From an uncultured Actinomycetota bacterium (GTDB taxonomy: Bacteria; Actinomycetota; Actinomycetes; Actinomycetales; Dermatophilaceae), in contig CAWFGY010000006.1 in NCBI GenBank assembly GCA_963815545.1, forward strand, positions 115,348 through 179,347: a DNA stretch of 64,000 bases, in the 5' to 3' direction. The position numbers and the translations under genes were made by a program. Shown here piece after piece: positions 48,092 to 56,915 of this stretch. Position 1 is the stretch's first letter. Each line of letters begins with the position of its first letter. The notes beneath the pieces were generated by a model that saw only the letters and a list, made by a program, of their open reading frames with translations, had not been told where the DNA came from and made no database searches.

Positions 48092-48487
48092 TCAGGGTGC
48101 CAGGTCGGCGGTGACCCGGTGGTAGGCGTCCCCGAGGGCAGCGAGGTCGGCGCGGTAGTCGGCGATCCGGCAGCCGAGGCCGTTCGGCTTGACGAGGATC
48201 CCCTCGTCCGCCCAGCGCAGCCGGGCCGGCTCACGCAACGGCGCGGGCAGGTCGCCGGCCGCGTTGGTCACGCGCCACCAGGTGACGTTGCCGCCGTACA
48301 GCCTCATGATCGAGCCGACCTGTCGCGGGCCGATCCCCACGAGTGCGGCCAGGTCGCCGTACGACACGACACGCCCCCGCGGCACCTGCTCCACGGCCCG
48401 GAGCACCCGCTCCACGACGACGTCGTCCACGGCCCCGAGTGTGCCCGACCGGGGAACCCCGCACGAACCCCCCGGACGGGCCGCCAT
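48092..48487 (-). CDS. MGMT-family DNA-binding protein lacking the acceptor Cys (alkyltransferase-like, ATL)
   Basis: Contains VPRGRVVSYGDLAALVG...NVTWWRVTNAAG, with TWWRV where O6-alkylguanine transferases have PCHRV. The start is uncertain. Confidence 0.6.
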   Translation of the reverse strand: MAARPGGSCGVPRSGTLGAVDDVVVERVLRAVEQVPRGRVVSYGDLAALVGIGPRQVGSIMRLYGGNVTWWRVTNAAGDLPAPLREPARLRWADEGILVKPNGLGCRIADYRADLAALGDAYHRVTADLAP

Positions 48488-48544
48488 GCGCCCTATCCTC
48501 CTGGGAGGGCTCCCCGGGACGGAGCCCGGAAGGTGGTGGCTGCC

Positions 48545-48826
48545 ATGTCCGCACCTCGAGCGCTCGCCGTCGTGGGCCTGCTCGTCCTCGGACTCCTCGC
48601 CCTGCCGCTGCTCGCAGCGGTCTTCGACGGTGAGGGGACCGAGAACCTGATCATCCCGCTCGACCTCGTCGTGATGGCCGCCGTCGGGGCGTTCGTCTGG
48701 CAGGCGTTGCCGGCCGCGCCACCGGGCCCGCGGACCCTCGCCGTCGGCGCCGGTGTCGGGGTCGTCGCGGCGCTCTTCGGGATGCTCGTCTTCTTCTTCC
48801 TGCTCAGCGGCTTCGGCGGGGCCTGA
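48545..48826 (+). CDS. Small hypothetical membrane protein (3 TM)
   Basis: 93 aa, MSAPRALAVVGLLVLGLLALPLL... Hydrophobicity is the only evidence. Confidence 0.4.
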   Translation: MSAPRALAVVGLLVLGLLALPLLAAVFDGEGTENLIIPLDLVVMAAVGAFVWQALPAAPPGPRTLAVGAGVGVVAALFGMLVFFFLLSGFGGA

Positions 48827-48844
48827 CCCACGAGGCGGGCGCGC

Positions 48845-49576
48845 TCAGCGTCCGATCTCGGACCCGATCTCCCACGGCGCGACGGGTGAGTGCTCGAGCA
48901 ACCACGCCTCGACCTCGAGCATGAGGCCGGTGGCGATGAGGACGCCGACCACGACGAACAGCACCCCGAGCCCACGCCGCAGCGGGGAGTGGGGGTCCGC
49001 CGCCCAGCGCAGCCGACCGACGACCCGCTGGCCACCGAGGGCGACGGCGACGAGCACGCCGACGAGCCCGGCGACGTACGCGGTGAGCAGGGCCAGCCCG
49101 CGCCCCGGCTCGGCCGGCAGCACGGTCACGACGACGTAGCCGTACAGCGGGCTGCACGAGGTGAAGACGGGGCCGAGTGCCGCCCCGGTGAGGATGGCCC
49201 CGACGGAGCCACCCCGCCGGTGCGCGGCCGAGAGGCCACGGGCGCTCCCGGCGGACAGGCCCGACGCCACCGAGACCCGGTCCCACAGCTCGGGCACCGC
49301 CTGGGTGAGGCCCAGGACGACGAGCAGCCCCCCGCTCAACCACTGCCAGACCGACGGTGACACGCCGATGAGGGCCGTCGTCGCCCGCAGCAGGAGCGTG
49401 AAGACGAAGACGGAGACCCCGAGCGAGGACACGACGAGCAGCGCGCGGCGCGCGGCTCCACCGCCGGGCGCGCCCGCGACGGACCCGCCGACGACCACGG
49501 GGAGCAACGAGAGCGCGCAGGGGGCGAGGGTGGTCAGGGCTCCGGCGAGCAGCGCCCCACCGAGCGCGACGAGCAC
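48845..49576 (-). CDS. ccdA: Cytochrome c biogenesis CcdA/DsbD-like thiol-disulfide transporter
   Basis: ORF 243 aa, 6-TM, with LTTLAPCALSLLPVV and PVFTSCSPLY conserved Cys motifs. Confidence 0.75.
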   Translation of the reverse strand: MLVALGGALLAGALTTLAPCALSLLPVVVGGSVAGAPGGGAARRALLVVSSLGVSVFVFTLLLRATTALIGVSPSVWQWLSGGLLVVLGLTQAVPELWDRVSVASGLSAGSARGLSAAHRRGGSVGAILTGAALGPVFTSCSPLYGYVVVTVLPAEPGRGLALLTAYVAGLVGVLVAVALGGQRVVGRLRWAADPHSPLRRGLGVLFVVVGVLIATGLMLEVEAWLLEHSPVAPWEIGSEIGR

Positions 49577-49577
49577 C

Positions 49578-50087
49578 TCAGACCGTCTCGGCGAGGATCG
49601 CCGCGCCGTCCGGGCTGCCGGTCCAGATGCCGAGGCGCTCGCCGTCCGGCCCGACCTGGACGAACGTGTGCTGGGTGGTGACGCCGTAGCGCTGACGCAG
49701 CTCGGTGTCGCTGTCGTAGTCGGCCTTGACGAGTGTCAGCCCGGCCGGCACCCCGGTCTCCGCGATCGCCTTCTCCGTCGCCCGGCAGCTGGAACACCAC
49801 GACGCGTGGAAGAAGTACACGACCTTGCTGCCCTCGTAGGCCGCGGGGTCGGCCTCGTAGTCGGCGCGCGTCACGTAGGCACCGTCGGCCGGCGCCGGAC
49901 TCTCGGCGGTCTCCCCCGCCGTCGACCCCGCCGTCGGCTCCGCCGAGGACCCCGCGGAGACACCCGCCGACGGACCACCGGACGCCGCCGGGGTGGGGTC
50001 ACTCGTCGCCGTGCCGGTTCCGCAGGCTGCGAGGGTGAGGGCGGCGACCAGGGAGGCGGCCGCGACGGCCATCGGGCGAGTGCGCAT
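49578..50087 (-). CDS. Thioredoxin-fold lipoprotein (WCSSC active site)
   Basis: From MRTRPMAVAAASLVAALTLAAC, with AAGGAG SD. Contains FFHASWCSSCRA. There is a 1-nt gap to ccdA. Confidence 0.75.
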   Translation of the reverse strand: MRTRPMAVAAASLVAALTLAACGTGTATSDPTPAASGGPSAGVSAGSSAEPTAGSTAGETAESPAPADGAYVTRADYEADPAAYEGSKVVYFFHASWCSSCRATEKAIAETGVPAGLTLVKADYDSDTELRQRYGVTTQHTFVQVGPDGERLGIWTGSPDGAAILAETV

Positions 50088-50183
50088 CGGCAGCTCCTTC
50101 GTGGGGGAGCCTCCAGTGGACCCCACCGGCAGGCGCCGATCCAGCCTGCGCGTGCGGCCGTGATCTCCGGGTAAGGACTGCGG

Positions 50184-51206
50184 TCAGGCGTGGGCCGGGG
50201 GAAGCGCGCGCCGGGGCACCTCGAGCCGGACGATGCAGCCCGTGCCGTCGGGGAGGTTGGCCGCGGTCGCGTCACCGCCGTGCGCCCGGGCCACCTCGCG
50301 CGAGATCGTCAGCCCCAGACCCATCCCCCGGTCGTGCCGGGAGGGGTCACCGCGCCAGCCCGGCTCGAAGACCTGGTCGAGCGAGGCCTGCGGGAGGCCT
50401 CCGCAGCCGTCCGCGACCTCCACGACGACCGAGCCGCCCCGGCGGGCGGTGCCGACATGCACGCTGCCCCCCTGCGGCGTGTGCTGCAGCGCGTTGCGCA
50501 CGACGTTGGAGACCGCGCGGGTCAGGGCACGGGCCTCGCCGAGGACCGTCGCACCCGCGAGCTCGCCCGCGACGAGCGCGACCCCGGCGGCGTCGGCGAG
50601 CGGCATGACCCCGGCCACGGCGTCCGAGACGACGTCGTCGAGGTCCACCGGCTCGCGGAGCACCTCGGGCGACCCCTGGAGCCGCGACAGCTCGGCGATG
50701 TCGTCGACCATGCCGTCCATCCGGTCGACCTCGTGGACGATGCGGCCGTAGGCGTGGGCCGGGTCGGCGACGGCGCCATCCTCGAGCGACTCGGCGAGGG
50801 CCCGGATGCCCGCGAGCGGCGTGCGGAGATCGTGCGAGAGCCACCTGATCGTCTCGCGCCGGGACGCCTCCACCTCGCGGTCCCGTTCGCGCGCGGCCCG
50901 GTCGTGCGCAGCGTTCTCCTCGAGGCGGCGGACGCGCCGCGCGAGCACGAGCCCGACGCCGATCGCGACGGGCATCCCGGCGAGCAGCACGACGACGAGG
51001 GTCTTCTGGTCCTCCCCGGTGATGAGCATCGCCCCGCTCGCGGTGCCGACTCCGGCCGCGAGCGCGGCGACGACGACGAGCGGAGCGCCCAGGGCGGCGA
51101 TGTGCGCCCGGCCGCGCGAGACCCGGGTGAGCAGCACCGAGCCCAGCACCCCGACCGCCGCCGTGACCAGGACGCAGATGACGACGGCACCGAGCTCAGC
51201 GCCCAT
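50184..51206 (-). CDS. Sensor histidine kinase (2 TM, HisKA plus HATPase)
   Basis: H-box [15 protein letters not shown] box [10 protein letters not shown], and G boxes DGCGG and GLGL. Confidence 0.85.
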   Translation of the reverse strand: MGAELGAVVICVLVTAAVGVLGSVLLTRVSRGRAHIAALGAPLVVVAALAAGVGTASGAMLITGEDQKTLVVVLLAGMPVAIGVGLVLARRVRRLEENAAHDRAARERDREVEASRRETIRWLSHDLRTPLAGIRALAESLEDGAVADPAHAYGRIVHEVDRMDGMVDDIAELSRLQGSPEVLREPVDLDDVVSDAVAGVMPLADAAGVALVAGELAGATVLGEARALTRAVSNVVRNALQHTPQGGSVHVGTARRGGSVVVEVADGCGGLPQASLDQVFEPGWRGDPSRHDRGMGLGLTISREVARAHGGDATAANLPDGTGCIVRLEVPRRALPPAHA

Positions 51207-51912
51207 CGACGTGCCCTGTCGCGTCGGCGGGCGAGGCGTCCCACCGGTAGCCCCGCCCGAAGACGGTCGCGAGCCGCCCGGGGTCGCCCGGGTCCTCCTC
51301 GACCTTCTCGCGGACCCGCCGGACGTGGACGGTGACGGTGGAGGCGTCGCCCACGTCCCAGCCCCACACCTCGCGCATCAGCTCGTCACGGGACCACACG
51401 ACGCCGGGGTGCTGGACGAGCCAGGCGAGCAGGTCGAGCTCGCGGGCCGTCATCGGCACCGGGTCCCCGCCGCGGGTCAGGGTGCGCGCCCCGAGGTCCA
51501 GGACGAGGTCACCGTCACGCAGGACGTCGGTGACCTCGGGTGCCGGGCCGCTCGTGCGGCGCAGCAGCGACCGGACCCGCAGCTCGAGCTCGCGGAGGCT
51601 GAAGGGCTTGGTCACGTAGTCGTCGGCCCCGTGCTGCAGGCCCTGGACCCGCTCGTGCTCCTGGCCCCGGGCCGTGACCATGATGAGCGGCAGGTCGCGG
51701 CGCATCGACCGCAGACGCCGCGTCACCTCGAACCCGCCGAGCCCGGGCAGCATGAGGTCGAGGAGCACGAGGTCCGCCGGGGTGCTCGTGTAGGCCTCGA
51801 TCGCGGCCTCCCCGTCCCCCACGGCCTCGACGTCGTGCCCCGCGCGCGCGAGGTACGCGGCGACGGCCTCGCGGACCGTCGCGTCGTCCTCGACGACCAG
51901 GATGCGCACCAC
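51196..51912 (-). CDS. OmpR-family response regulator
   Basis: GTG start. Contains VRILVVEDD...[10 protein letters not shown]...[17 protein letters not shown] and a winged-helix C-terminus. It overlaps the kinase gene by 11 nt. Confidence 0.88.
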   Translation of the reverse strand: MVRILVVEDDATVREAVAAYLARAGHDVEAVGDGEAAIEAYTSTPADLVLLDLMLPGLGGFEVTRRLRSMRRDLPLIMVTARGQEHERVQGLQHGADDYVTKPFSLRELELRVRSLLRRTSGPAPEVTDVLRDGDLVLDLGARTLTRGGDPVPMTARELDLLAWLVQHPGVVWSRDELMREVWGWDVGDASTVTVHVRRVREKVEEDPGDPGRLATVFGRGYRWDASPADATGHVDGR

Positions 51913-51986
51913 CCGCCCAGGCTAGGGCGCCGGCCCGCCCCGGGTGCCCATCCCGCAGCACCCGGTAATCCCCCCACAACCCCCCG

Positions 51987-52073
51987 CCTCTCCCGACTTT
52001 TCATGCCGGCGTCCGCGCGACACCCCGTTTCGACGGGGTGTCGGGCGGACGCCAGCATGAAAAGTCGGGGAGG
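51987..52073. repeat. 87-nt palindromic element (family B, copy 2)
   Basis: CCTCTCCCGACTTTTCATGCCGGCGTCCGCGCGACACCCCGT-TTCG-ACGGGGTGTCGGGCGGACGCCAGCATGAAAAGTCGGGGAGG. About 85-90% identical to the copy at 14651-14736, with the same C-rich and G-rich flanks. Confidence 0.9.
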
Positions 52074-52125
52074 CACCGGGGTGGACGGGGCGGCGGGGGC
52101 GGGAGCGGGCTGGAACACTGGGCCC

Positions 52126-53343
52126 ATGCGCCGGATCGTCCAGAGCAAGAAGCTCCAGCACGTCCGCTACGACGTGCGGGGCCCGATCCTCGTCGAGGCC
52201 CACCGGCTCGAGGCCGAGGGCCACAAGATCCTCAAGCTCAACATCGGCAACACGGCCCCGTTCGGGTTCGAGGCCCCGGAGTCGATCGTCGCCGACATCG
52301 TGCACAACCTGCCCGACAGCCAGGGCTACGCCGACTCCAAGGGCATCTACTCGGCGCGCACCGCCGTGGCGCAGTACTACCAGTCGCGCGGGCTCAAGGA
52401 GACCAGCGTCGAGGACGTCTTCATCGGCAACGGGGTCTCCGAGCTCATCACGATGGTGCTCCAGGCCTTCGTCGACGACGGCAACGAGGTGCTCGTCCCC
52501 GCGCCCGACTACCCGCTGTGGACCGGCGCGGTGTCGCTGTCCGGCGGGACGCCGGTGCACTACCGGTGCGACGAGGCCGACGGATGGAACCCCGACCTCG
52601 AGGACATCGAGTCCAAGATCACCGAGAACACCCACGCGCTCGTCATCATCAACCCGAACAACCCCACCGGGGCCGTGTACTCGGCGGAGACGGTGCGGGC
52701 GCTCGTCGACATCGCCCGGCGGCACCAGCTCGTCGTCATGGCCGACGAGATCTACGAGAAGATCCTCTTCGACGACGCCGTCCACCACCACGCGGCGACG
52801 TTCGCGGGCGAGGACGTCCTCTGCCTCACCTTCAGCGGCCTGTCGAAGGCGTACCGGGTGTGCGGGTACCGCGCGGGCTGGGTGATGATCAGCGGACCCC
52901 AGCACCTCGCCGAGGACTTCCTCGAGGGACTGACCCTCCTGGCGAACATGCGGATGTGCGCCAACGTCCCGGCCCAGCACGCGATCCAGACGGCCCTCGG
53001 GGGCTACCAGTCCGTGACCGAGCTCATCGGTCCGGGAGGCCGCTTCCGCGAGCAGAGCAAGCTCGCGTCCCGGCTCCTCAACGACATCCCCGGGGTCTCG
53101 TGCGTCGAGCCGCGCGGCGCTCTCTACTGCTTCCCCCGGCTCGACCCCGAGGTGTACCGCCTCGAGTCCGACGAGGCGTTCGTCCTCGACCTCCTGCGGG
53201 CGAAGAAGATCCTCGTCACCCACGGGACGGGCTTCAACTGGTTCGAGCCCGACCACTTCCGCCTCGTCACGCTGCCCGACGAGGAGACGCTCACCGAGGC
53301 GATCGGCCGGATCGCCGAGTTCCTCGAGACGATCCGCGACTGA
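52126..53343 (+). CDS. PLP-dependent aminotransferase class I/II (alanine aminotransferase AlaA-like)
   Basis: 405 aa from MRRIVQSKKLQHVRYDVRGP. Contains LKLNIGN, YADSKG, NPNNPTGAVY and SGLSKAYRVCGYRAGW. Confidence 0.85.
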   Translation: MRRIVQSKKLQHVRYDVRGPILVEAHRLEAEGHKILKLNIGNTAPFGFEAPESIVADIVHNLPDSQGYADSKGIYSARTAVAQYYQSRGLKETSVEDVFIGNGVSELITMVLQAFVDDGNEVLVPAPDYPLWTGAVSLSGGTPVHYRCDEADGWNPDLEDIESKITENTHALVIINPNNPTGAVYSAETVRALVDIARRHQLVVMADEIYEKILFDDAVHHHAATFAGEDVLCLTFSGLSKAYRVCGYRAGWVMISGPQHLAEDFLEGLTLLANMRMCANVPAQHAIQTALGGYQSVTELIGPGGRFREQSKLASRLLNDIPGVSCVEPRGALYCFPRLDPEVYRLESDEAFVLDLLRAKKILVTHGTGFNWFEPDHFRLVTLPDEETLTEAIGRIAEFLETIRD

Positions 53344-53747
53344 TGGGGCAGGTGCGGCCGGATGCTCGGCTGCTGGCGTCGGTCGCGGTCGGGGGTGCGG
53401 TGGGGTCGCTCGGCCGATGGGCCGTGGGCCTCGGTCTCCCCCATCGTGCCGGCGAGGTGCCGTGGGGCACCTTCCTCGTCAACGTCACCGGGGCCCTGGC
53501 GATGGGCCTGCTCGTCACCTACCTCGTCGACCGGCCCGGCGCGCACCGCCTCGCCCGACCCTTCGTCGGGGTCGGGCTGCTCGGCGGGTGGACCACGTAC
53601 TCGGCGCTCGCGGTCGAGACGGTGGGCCTCGGGGCCGGCGAGCACGTCCAGGTCGCCCTCCTCTACGTCGCCGCAACCTTCCTCGTCGGGGTGCTGGCGG
53701 TCGGCGCCGGCATCCGGCTGGGACGCAAGGTCTGGCCGGGCCCATGA
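53343..53747 (+). CDS. crcB: Fluoride efflux transporter CrcB (paralog 1)
   Basis: ATG overlaps the upstream TGA. Contains GAVGSLGRW...WGTFLVNVTGALAMGLL...GGWTTYSA. Confidence 0.85.
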   Translation: MGQVRPDARLLASVAVGGAVGSLGRWAVGLGLPHRAGEVPWGTFLVNVTGALAMGLLVTYLVDRPGAHRLARPFVGVGLLGGWTTYSALAVETVGLGAGEHVQVALLYVAATFLVGVLAVGAGIRLGRKVWPGP

Positions 53748-54103
53748 CCGGCACGCACGCGCTGCTCGTCGCGCTCGGGGCCGCCGTGGGCGCCCCGGCT
53801 CGGTTGCTCGTCGGCCACTGGGTGCGTGACCGCTCCGGCACCACGGCAGCGGGCACGCTCGCCGTCAACCTCATCGGCTCGTTCGTCCTCGGGGCGCTCG
53901 TCGGCGCCGGGGTGGGCACAGGGTGGGTCGCCCTGCTCGGGATCGGCTTCTGCGGCGCCTTCACGACGTTCTCGAGCCTCGCCCTCGAGGTGTGGGAGGC
54001 CCTGGAGGACGGCCGCCGCGTCGAGGCGACGAGCGTCGTCGCCGCCTCGTTGACGCTCGGGATCGGCGCTGCTGCCCTCGGCTGGTGGATGGTCCGCCCG
54101 TAG
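53744..54103 (+). CDS. crcB: Fluoride efflux transporter CrcB (paralog 2)
   Basis: ATGA overlap with the upstream gene. Contains GTLAVNLIGSFVLGAL...GFCGAFTTFSS. Confidence 0.85.
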   Translation: MTGTHALLVALGAAVGAPARLLVGHWVRDRSGTTAAGTLAVNLIGSFVLGALVGAGVGTGWVALLGIGFCGAFTTFSSLALEVWEALEDGRRVEATSVVAASLTLGIGAAALGWWMVRP

Positions 54104-54126
54104 CGCGGCCCGTATGCTCTTGCCCC

Positions 54127-54483
54127 ATGCGTCGCCGCGAGCCGGGGCCCGCCCCCGACGTCTTCGAGGCCTTCGCCGACCGCGTGGACGCCCCCGAGGA
54201 GCGCCGCAGGGCCATCCCGCCGCTGCGCGCGCTCGCCCGCTCGGCGGGCCTCACCCTCGGCCTCATGCTGCTGACGAGCCTCGGGTTCATCGGCGGCGCG
54301 TGGCTCGCGGCGCAGCGCACCCCCGACCTCGCGTACACCAGCGTCCTCTGGGAGGGCGTCGTGGTCCTCGCGTGGTGCGTGCTCTGGGGCCTGCTCGCCG
54401 GGGCCTCGGCCCTCGCGGTCGGTGTCGTCGCCGTGGCCCTGCCGTGGGTCCGGCGCCAGCGGGCCGGCCACCGGCCGTCCTGA
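54127..54483 (+). CDS. Hypothetical membrane protein (2 TM)
   Basis: 118 aa from MRRREPGPAPDVFEAF, with hydrophobic segments. I recognise no family. Confidence 0.4.
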   Translation: MRRREPGPAPDVFEAFADRVDAPEERRRAIPPLRALARSAGLTLGLMLLTSLGFIGGAWLAAQRTPDLAYTSVLWEGVVVLAWCVLWGLLAGASALAVGVVAVALPWVRRQRAGHRPS

Positions 54484-54496
54484 GCCGGGGCGCGGG

Positions 54497-55153
54497 TCAG
54501 TCCACGGGACGGGCCACCTCGACCTCGATCCCGTAGGACCAGCCCGCTGACAGCGGCAGCGAGTCGCCGCTCCAGAACCGGCCCGGGTCGTACCAGTTCG
54601 TCGGCACGTCCGGGCGCAGGACACCCATCTCCTCGAGGGTGGCCGCGACCACCTCGGCGCAGTAGGCGTCCTCGGGTCGCAGGGCCTTGCGCTCCCGGGC
54701 GCGCCGGGTGACGTGCGCGTCGCGGCCCCGGAGCCACCGCAGGCCGAGCTGCAGCGTCGAGGGGAACGAGACGCCGTCGAGCCGGGCGATCGTGCGCAGC
54801 GCGGCATCCTCCTGCTCGGGCCCGGCCCCCGGGTCGAGCTGACGGAGCCAGGCCTGCTGGCCGTAGCGGACCTGCCACGTCCGCACGGCCTCGCCGAGGT
54901 CGTGCAGCTGCACGCCGCGGTGATGGTCGCCCGTCCACTGGTCGCGCAGGGACCGGCCGAGCTCGGCGTGCCACATGAGCGGGGGCAGGTCGTCGACGAC
55001 CAGCGCCATCCCGACATGGTTGACCGGGGCGTTGCTTGCCGTCTGGATGAGCCGGTCGGCGACGGTGCCGCCGCGGAAGATCCACAGGTCGCCGGTCCGG
55101 GTCGCCGCGACGGCCTCGTCGAACGGGACGGCCTGGGTGCCGGTGCGCGCCAT
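54497..55153 (-). CDS. Permuted papain-like (YiiX/DUF830-type NlpC/P60 superfamily) protein
   Basis: 218 aa from MARTGTQAVPFDEAV. His precedes Cys (APVNHVGMALV ... DAYCAEVVAATLEEMG), as in permuted NlpC/P60 enzymes. Confidence 0.5.
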   Translation of the reverse strand: MARTGTQAVPFDEAVAATRTGDLWIFRGGTVADRLIQTASNAPVNHVGMALVVDDLPPLMWHAELGRSLRDQWTGDHHRGVQLHDLGEAVRTWQVRYGQQAWLRQLDPGAGPEQEDAALRTIARLDGVSFPSTLQLGLRWLRGRDAHVTRRARERKALRPEDAYCAEVVAATLEEMGVLRPDVPTNWYDPGRFWSGDSLPLSAGWSYGIEVEVARPVD

Positions 55154-55193
55154 GACCCCAGTGTGCCCGCCGGCCCTCGCTAGGGTGGCGAGG

Positions 55194-55385
55194 GTGAACC
55201 GGAACAGGTGGGTGAAGATCCTCGGCGTGGCCGGGGCGGCCGGCGTCGTCGCGACCGGCGCGCTCATCGCCCGCGACGAACGGGCCCGCCGCGCCTACAC
55301 CCCGGACGAGGTGCGCGAACGCCTGCAGCGACGCGCCTCCGCAGGTGCCGGCGGGGCCCCGGAGTCCGACGGCGCCGCGCGCTGA
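55194..55385 (+). CDS. Small hypothetical membrane-anchored protein
   Basis: GTG start, VNRNRWVKILGVAGAAGVVATGALIARDE... This is a weak call. Confidence 0.3.
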   Translation: MNRNRWVKILGVAGAAGVVATGALIARDERARRAYTPDEVRERLQRRASAGAGGAPESDGAAR

Positions 55386-55394
55386 CCGACCACG

Positions 55395-55823
55395 TCAGGG
55401 CGTGCCGTCCTCCCGCGGGATGAGGGGCCGCTGCGCGCGGGCCGCGATCTGCTGCACCGCCCACGAGTTGCCGTCGGGGTCGCGGAAGCCGAAGAACGTG
55501 CTGCCGTCACGATCGTCGAACGCCGTGATCTCGTCGCACTCGACCCCACGACCCACGAGCTCGGCCCGCGCGGACTCGGCGTCGGCGACGACGAGCTGGA
55601 GCCCGTGGAGGCTGCCCGGCGTCATCGACTGCAGGTTCGGCATCGTCCCGACGACGATCGAGCAGCCCGACCCCTTCGGGGTCAGCTGGACGACCCGTCC
55701 GAGACCGGCGTCCACGTCGTGGTCGAGGTGGAACCCGACGAGGTCCCGGTAGAACGCGATCGCCGCGTCGACGTCGGAGACGGGGACGACGACCACCTCG
55801 AGCGTCCAGTCCATGGCGTTCAC
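55395..55823 (-). CDS. VOC/glyoxalase-bleomycin-resistance family protein
   Basis: ORF 142 aa with VVVPVSDVDAAIAFYRDLVGF...FRDPDGNSW. Confidence 0.8.
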   Translation of the reverse strand: MNAMDWTLEVVVVPVSDVDAAIAFYRDLVGFHLDHDVDAGLGRVVQLTPKGSGCSIVVGTMPNLQSMTPGSLHGLQLVVADAESARAELVGRGVECDEITAFDDRDGSTFFGFRDPDGNSWAVQQIAARAQRPLIPREDGTP

Positions 55824-56302
55824 GCCCCGCTCCCGGCCAGGACGGCGTCGAGCCGGACGTAGCCCTCACGCATGCCGCTCTCCATGCCGGACTCGACCAT
55901 CGCGTCGCGCCCCTCGACCGTCCGCCCGACACTGCGCCCACGGAGCCGCGTCCGACCGCCGCCGAGGTCCTCGAAGGTGAGGAACTCGAGCGCGACCTCG
56001 TCGGGGGCACCCGCGTACTCGAAGGTCTGGAGGACGAAGTCGTCGTCGCGCACCGTGTGGAACACCCCGCGGAACCCGTACTCGGCGCCGTCGGGGTCCC
56101 GGTGGATGTAGGTGTAGCCGCCACCGTCGACGAAGTCCCAGCGCAGGATCTCCATGTCGTAGCCGTGCGGGCCGAGCCAGCGGCGCACCTTGTCGGGGTC
56201 GCGATGCGCGTCGAACACCGCGTCGACCGGAGCGTCGAACTCGCGGGTGAAGTCGATCCACGGCACGTCGGCCGGGACCTCGAGGTACAGGGAGTTGCTC
56301 AT
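55820..56302 (-). CDS. SRPBCC protein, AHSA1 (Aha1-like START) domain
   Basis: 160 aa from MSNSLYLEVPADVPWIDFTREFDAPVDAVFDAHRDPDKVRRW. There are 4-nt overlaps on both sides. Confidence 0.75.
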   Translation of the reverse strand: MSNSLYLEVPADVPWIDFTREFDAPVDAVFDAHRDPDKVRRWLGPHGYDMEILRWDFVDGGGYTYIHRDPDGAEYGFRGVFHTVRDDDFVLQTFEYAGAPDEVALEFLTFEDLGGGRTRLRGRSVGRTVEGRDAMVESGMESGMREGYVRLDAVLAGSGA

Positions 56303-56676
56303 CGGGTCTTCCTTCTCGTGGTGGGAGCGGGATCGGACGCGAGGAGGGCGTCCAGGCGCCGGAAGGACTGCTCGTGCGCGAGCCGGTAGCCGTCGATCCA
56401 TGCGGTGAGGCGCTCGAGGGCCGCGGGGTCGAGGCGGACCGGCCGGCGCTGGGCCTGCCGTCCCTTCGTGACCAGGCCCGCCTGCTCGAGGACCTGGATG
56501 TGTCTGGACACCGCCTGCAGCGAGATGTCGAAGGGCTCGGCGATCTCGTTGACGGTGGCCTGCCCCCGGCTGAGCCGCGCGACGATGGCGCGACGCACGG
56601 GGTCGGCCAGCGCCGTGAAGCCGGCATCGACGAGGGTGTCGTCGAGGTCGGACCGCGCGGGTCTCTGCGTGCCCAT
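56299..56676 (-). CDS. ArsR/SmtB family transcriptional regulator
   Basis: From MGTQRPARS, with GGAGGTGG SD. Contains ALADPVRRAIVARLSRGQATVNEIAEPFDISLQAVSRHIQVLEQAGLV. Confidence 0.85.
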   Translation of the reverse strand: MGTQRPARSDLDDTLVDAGFTALADPVRRAIVARLSRGQATVNEIAEPFDISLQAVSRHIQVLEQAGLVTKGRQAQRRPVRLDPAALERLTAWIDGYRLAHEQSFRRLDALLASDPAPTTRRKTR

Positions 56677-56717
56677 GTCCACCTCCGTCGTGACCGGCAC
56701 GCTTATTCAACCCTTCT

Positions 56718-56738
56718 GTTGATCAACCGTCAAGTTGA
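56718..56738. promoter_or_regulatory. Candidate ArsR operator (adjacent palindromes)
   Basis: GTTGATCAAC (perfect 10-bp palindrome, 56718-56727) and TCAAGTTGA (56730-56738), in a locally AT-richer stretch 42-62 nt upstream of the ArsR start. Confidence 0.4.
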
Positions 56739-56915
56739 CCACACCAATCCGTTCGGAGCGCCGGCGGCGAACCGCTGCGGGACACCCTGAGACCGGCCCC
56801 GCCGTCGGCTACCTCCGCCGCCGCCGGGGTCCAAGAGCCGCCGACACTCTCGGCGGATCGGGGACGACCCCGGGCTCCGGCCCGGGGTCGTCTTGGGTTG
56901 ACGGGACGACGACGC

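Noticed and set aside
53300-53345. Fluoride riboswitch in front of crcB
   Set aside because: There is no intergenic space, because the crcB start codon overlaps the stop of the aminotransferase gene.
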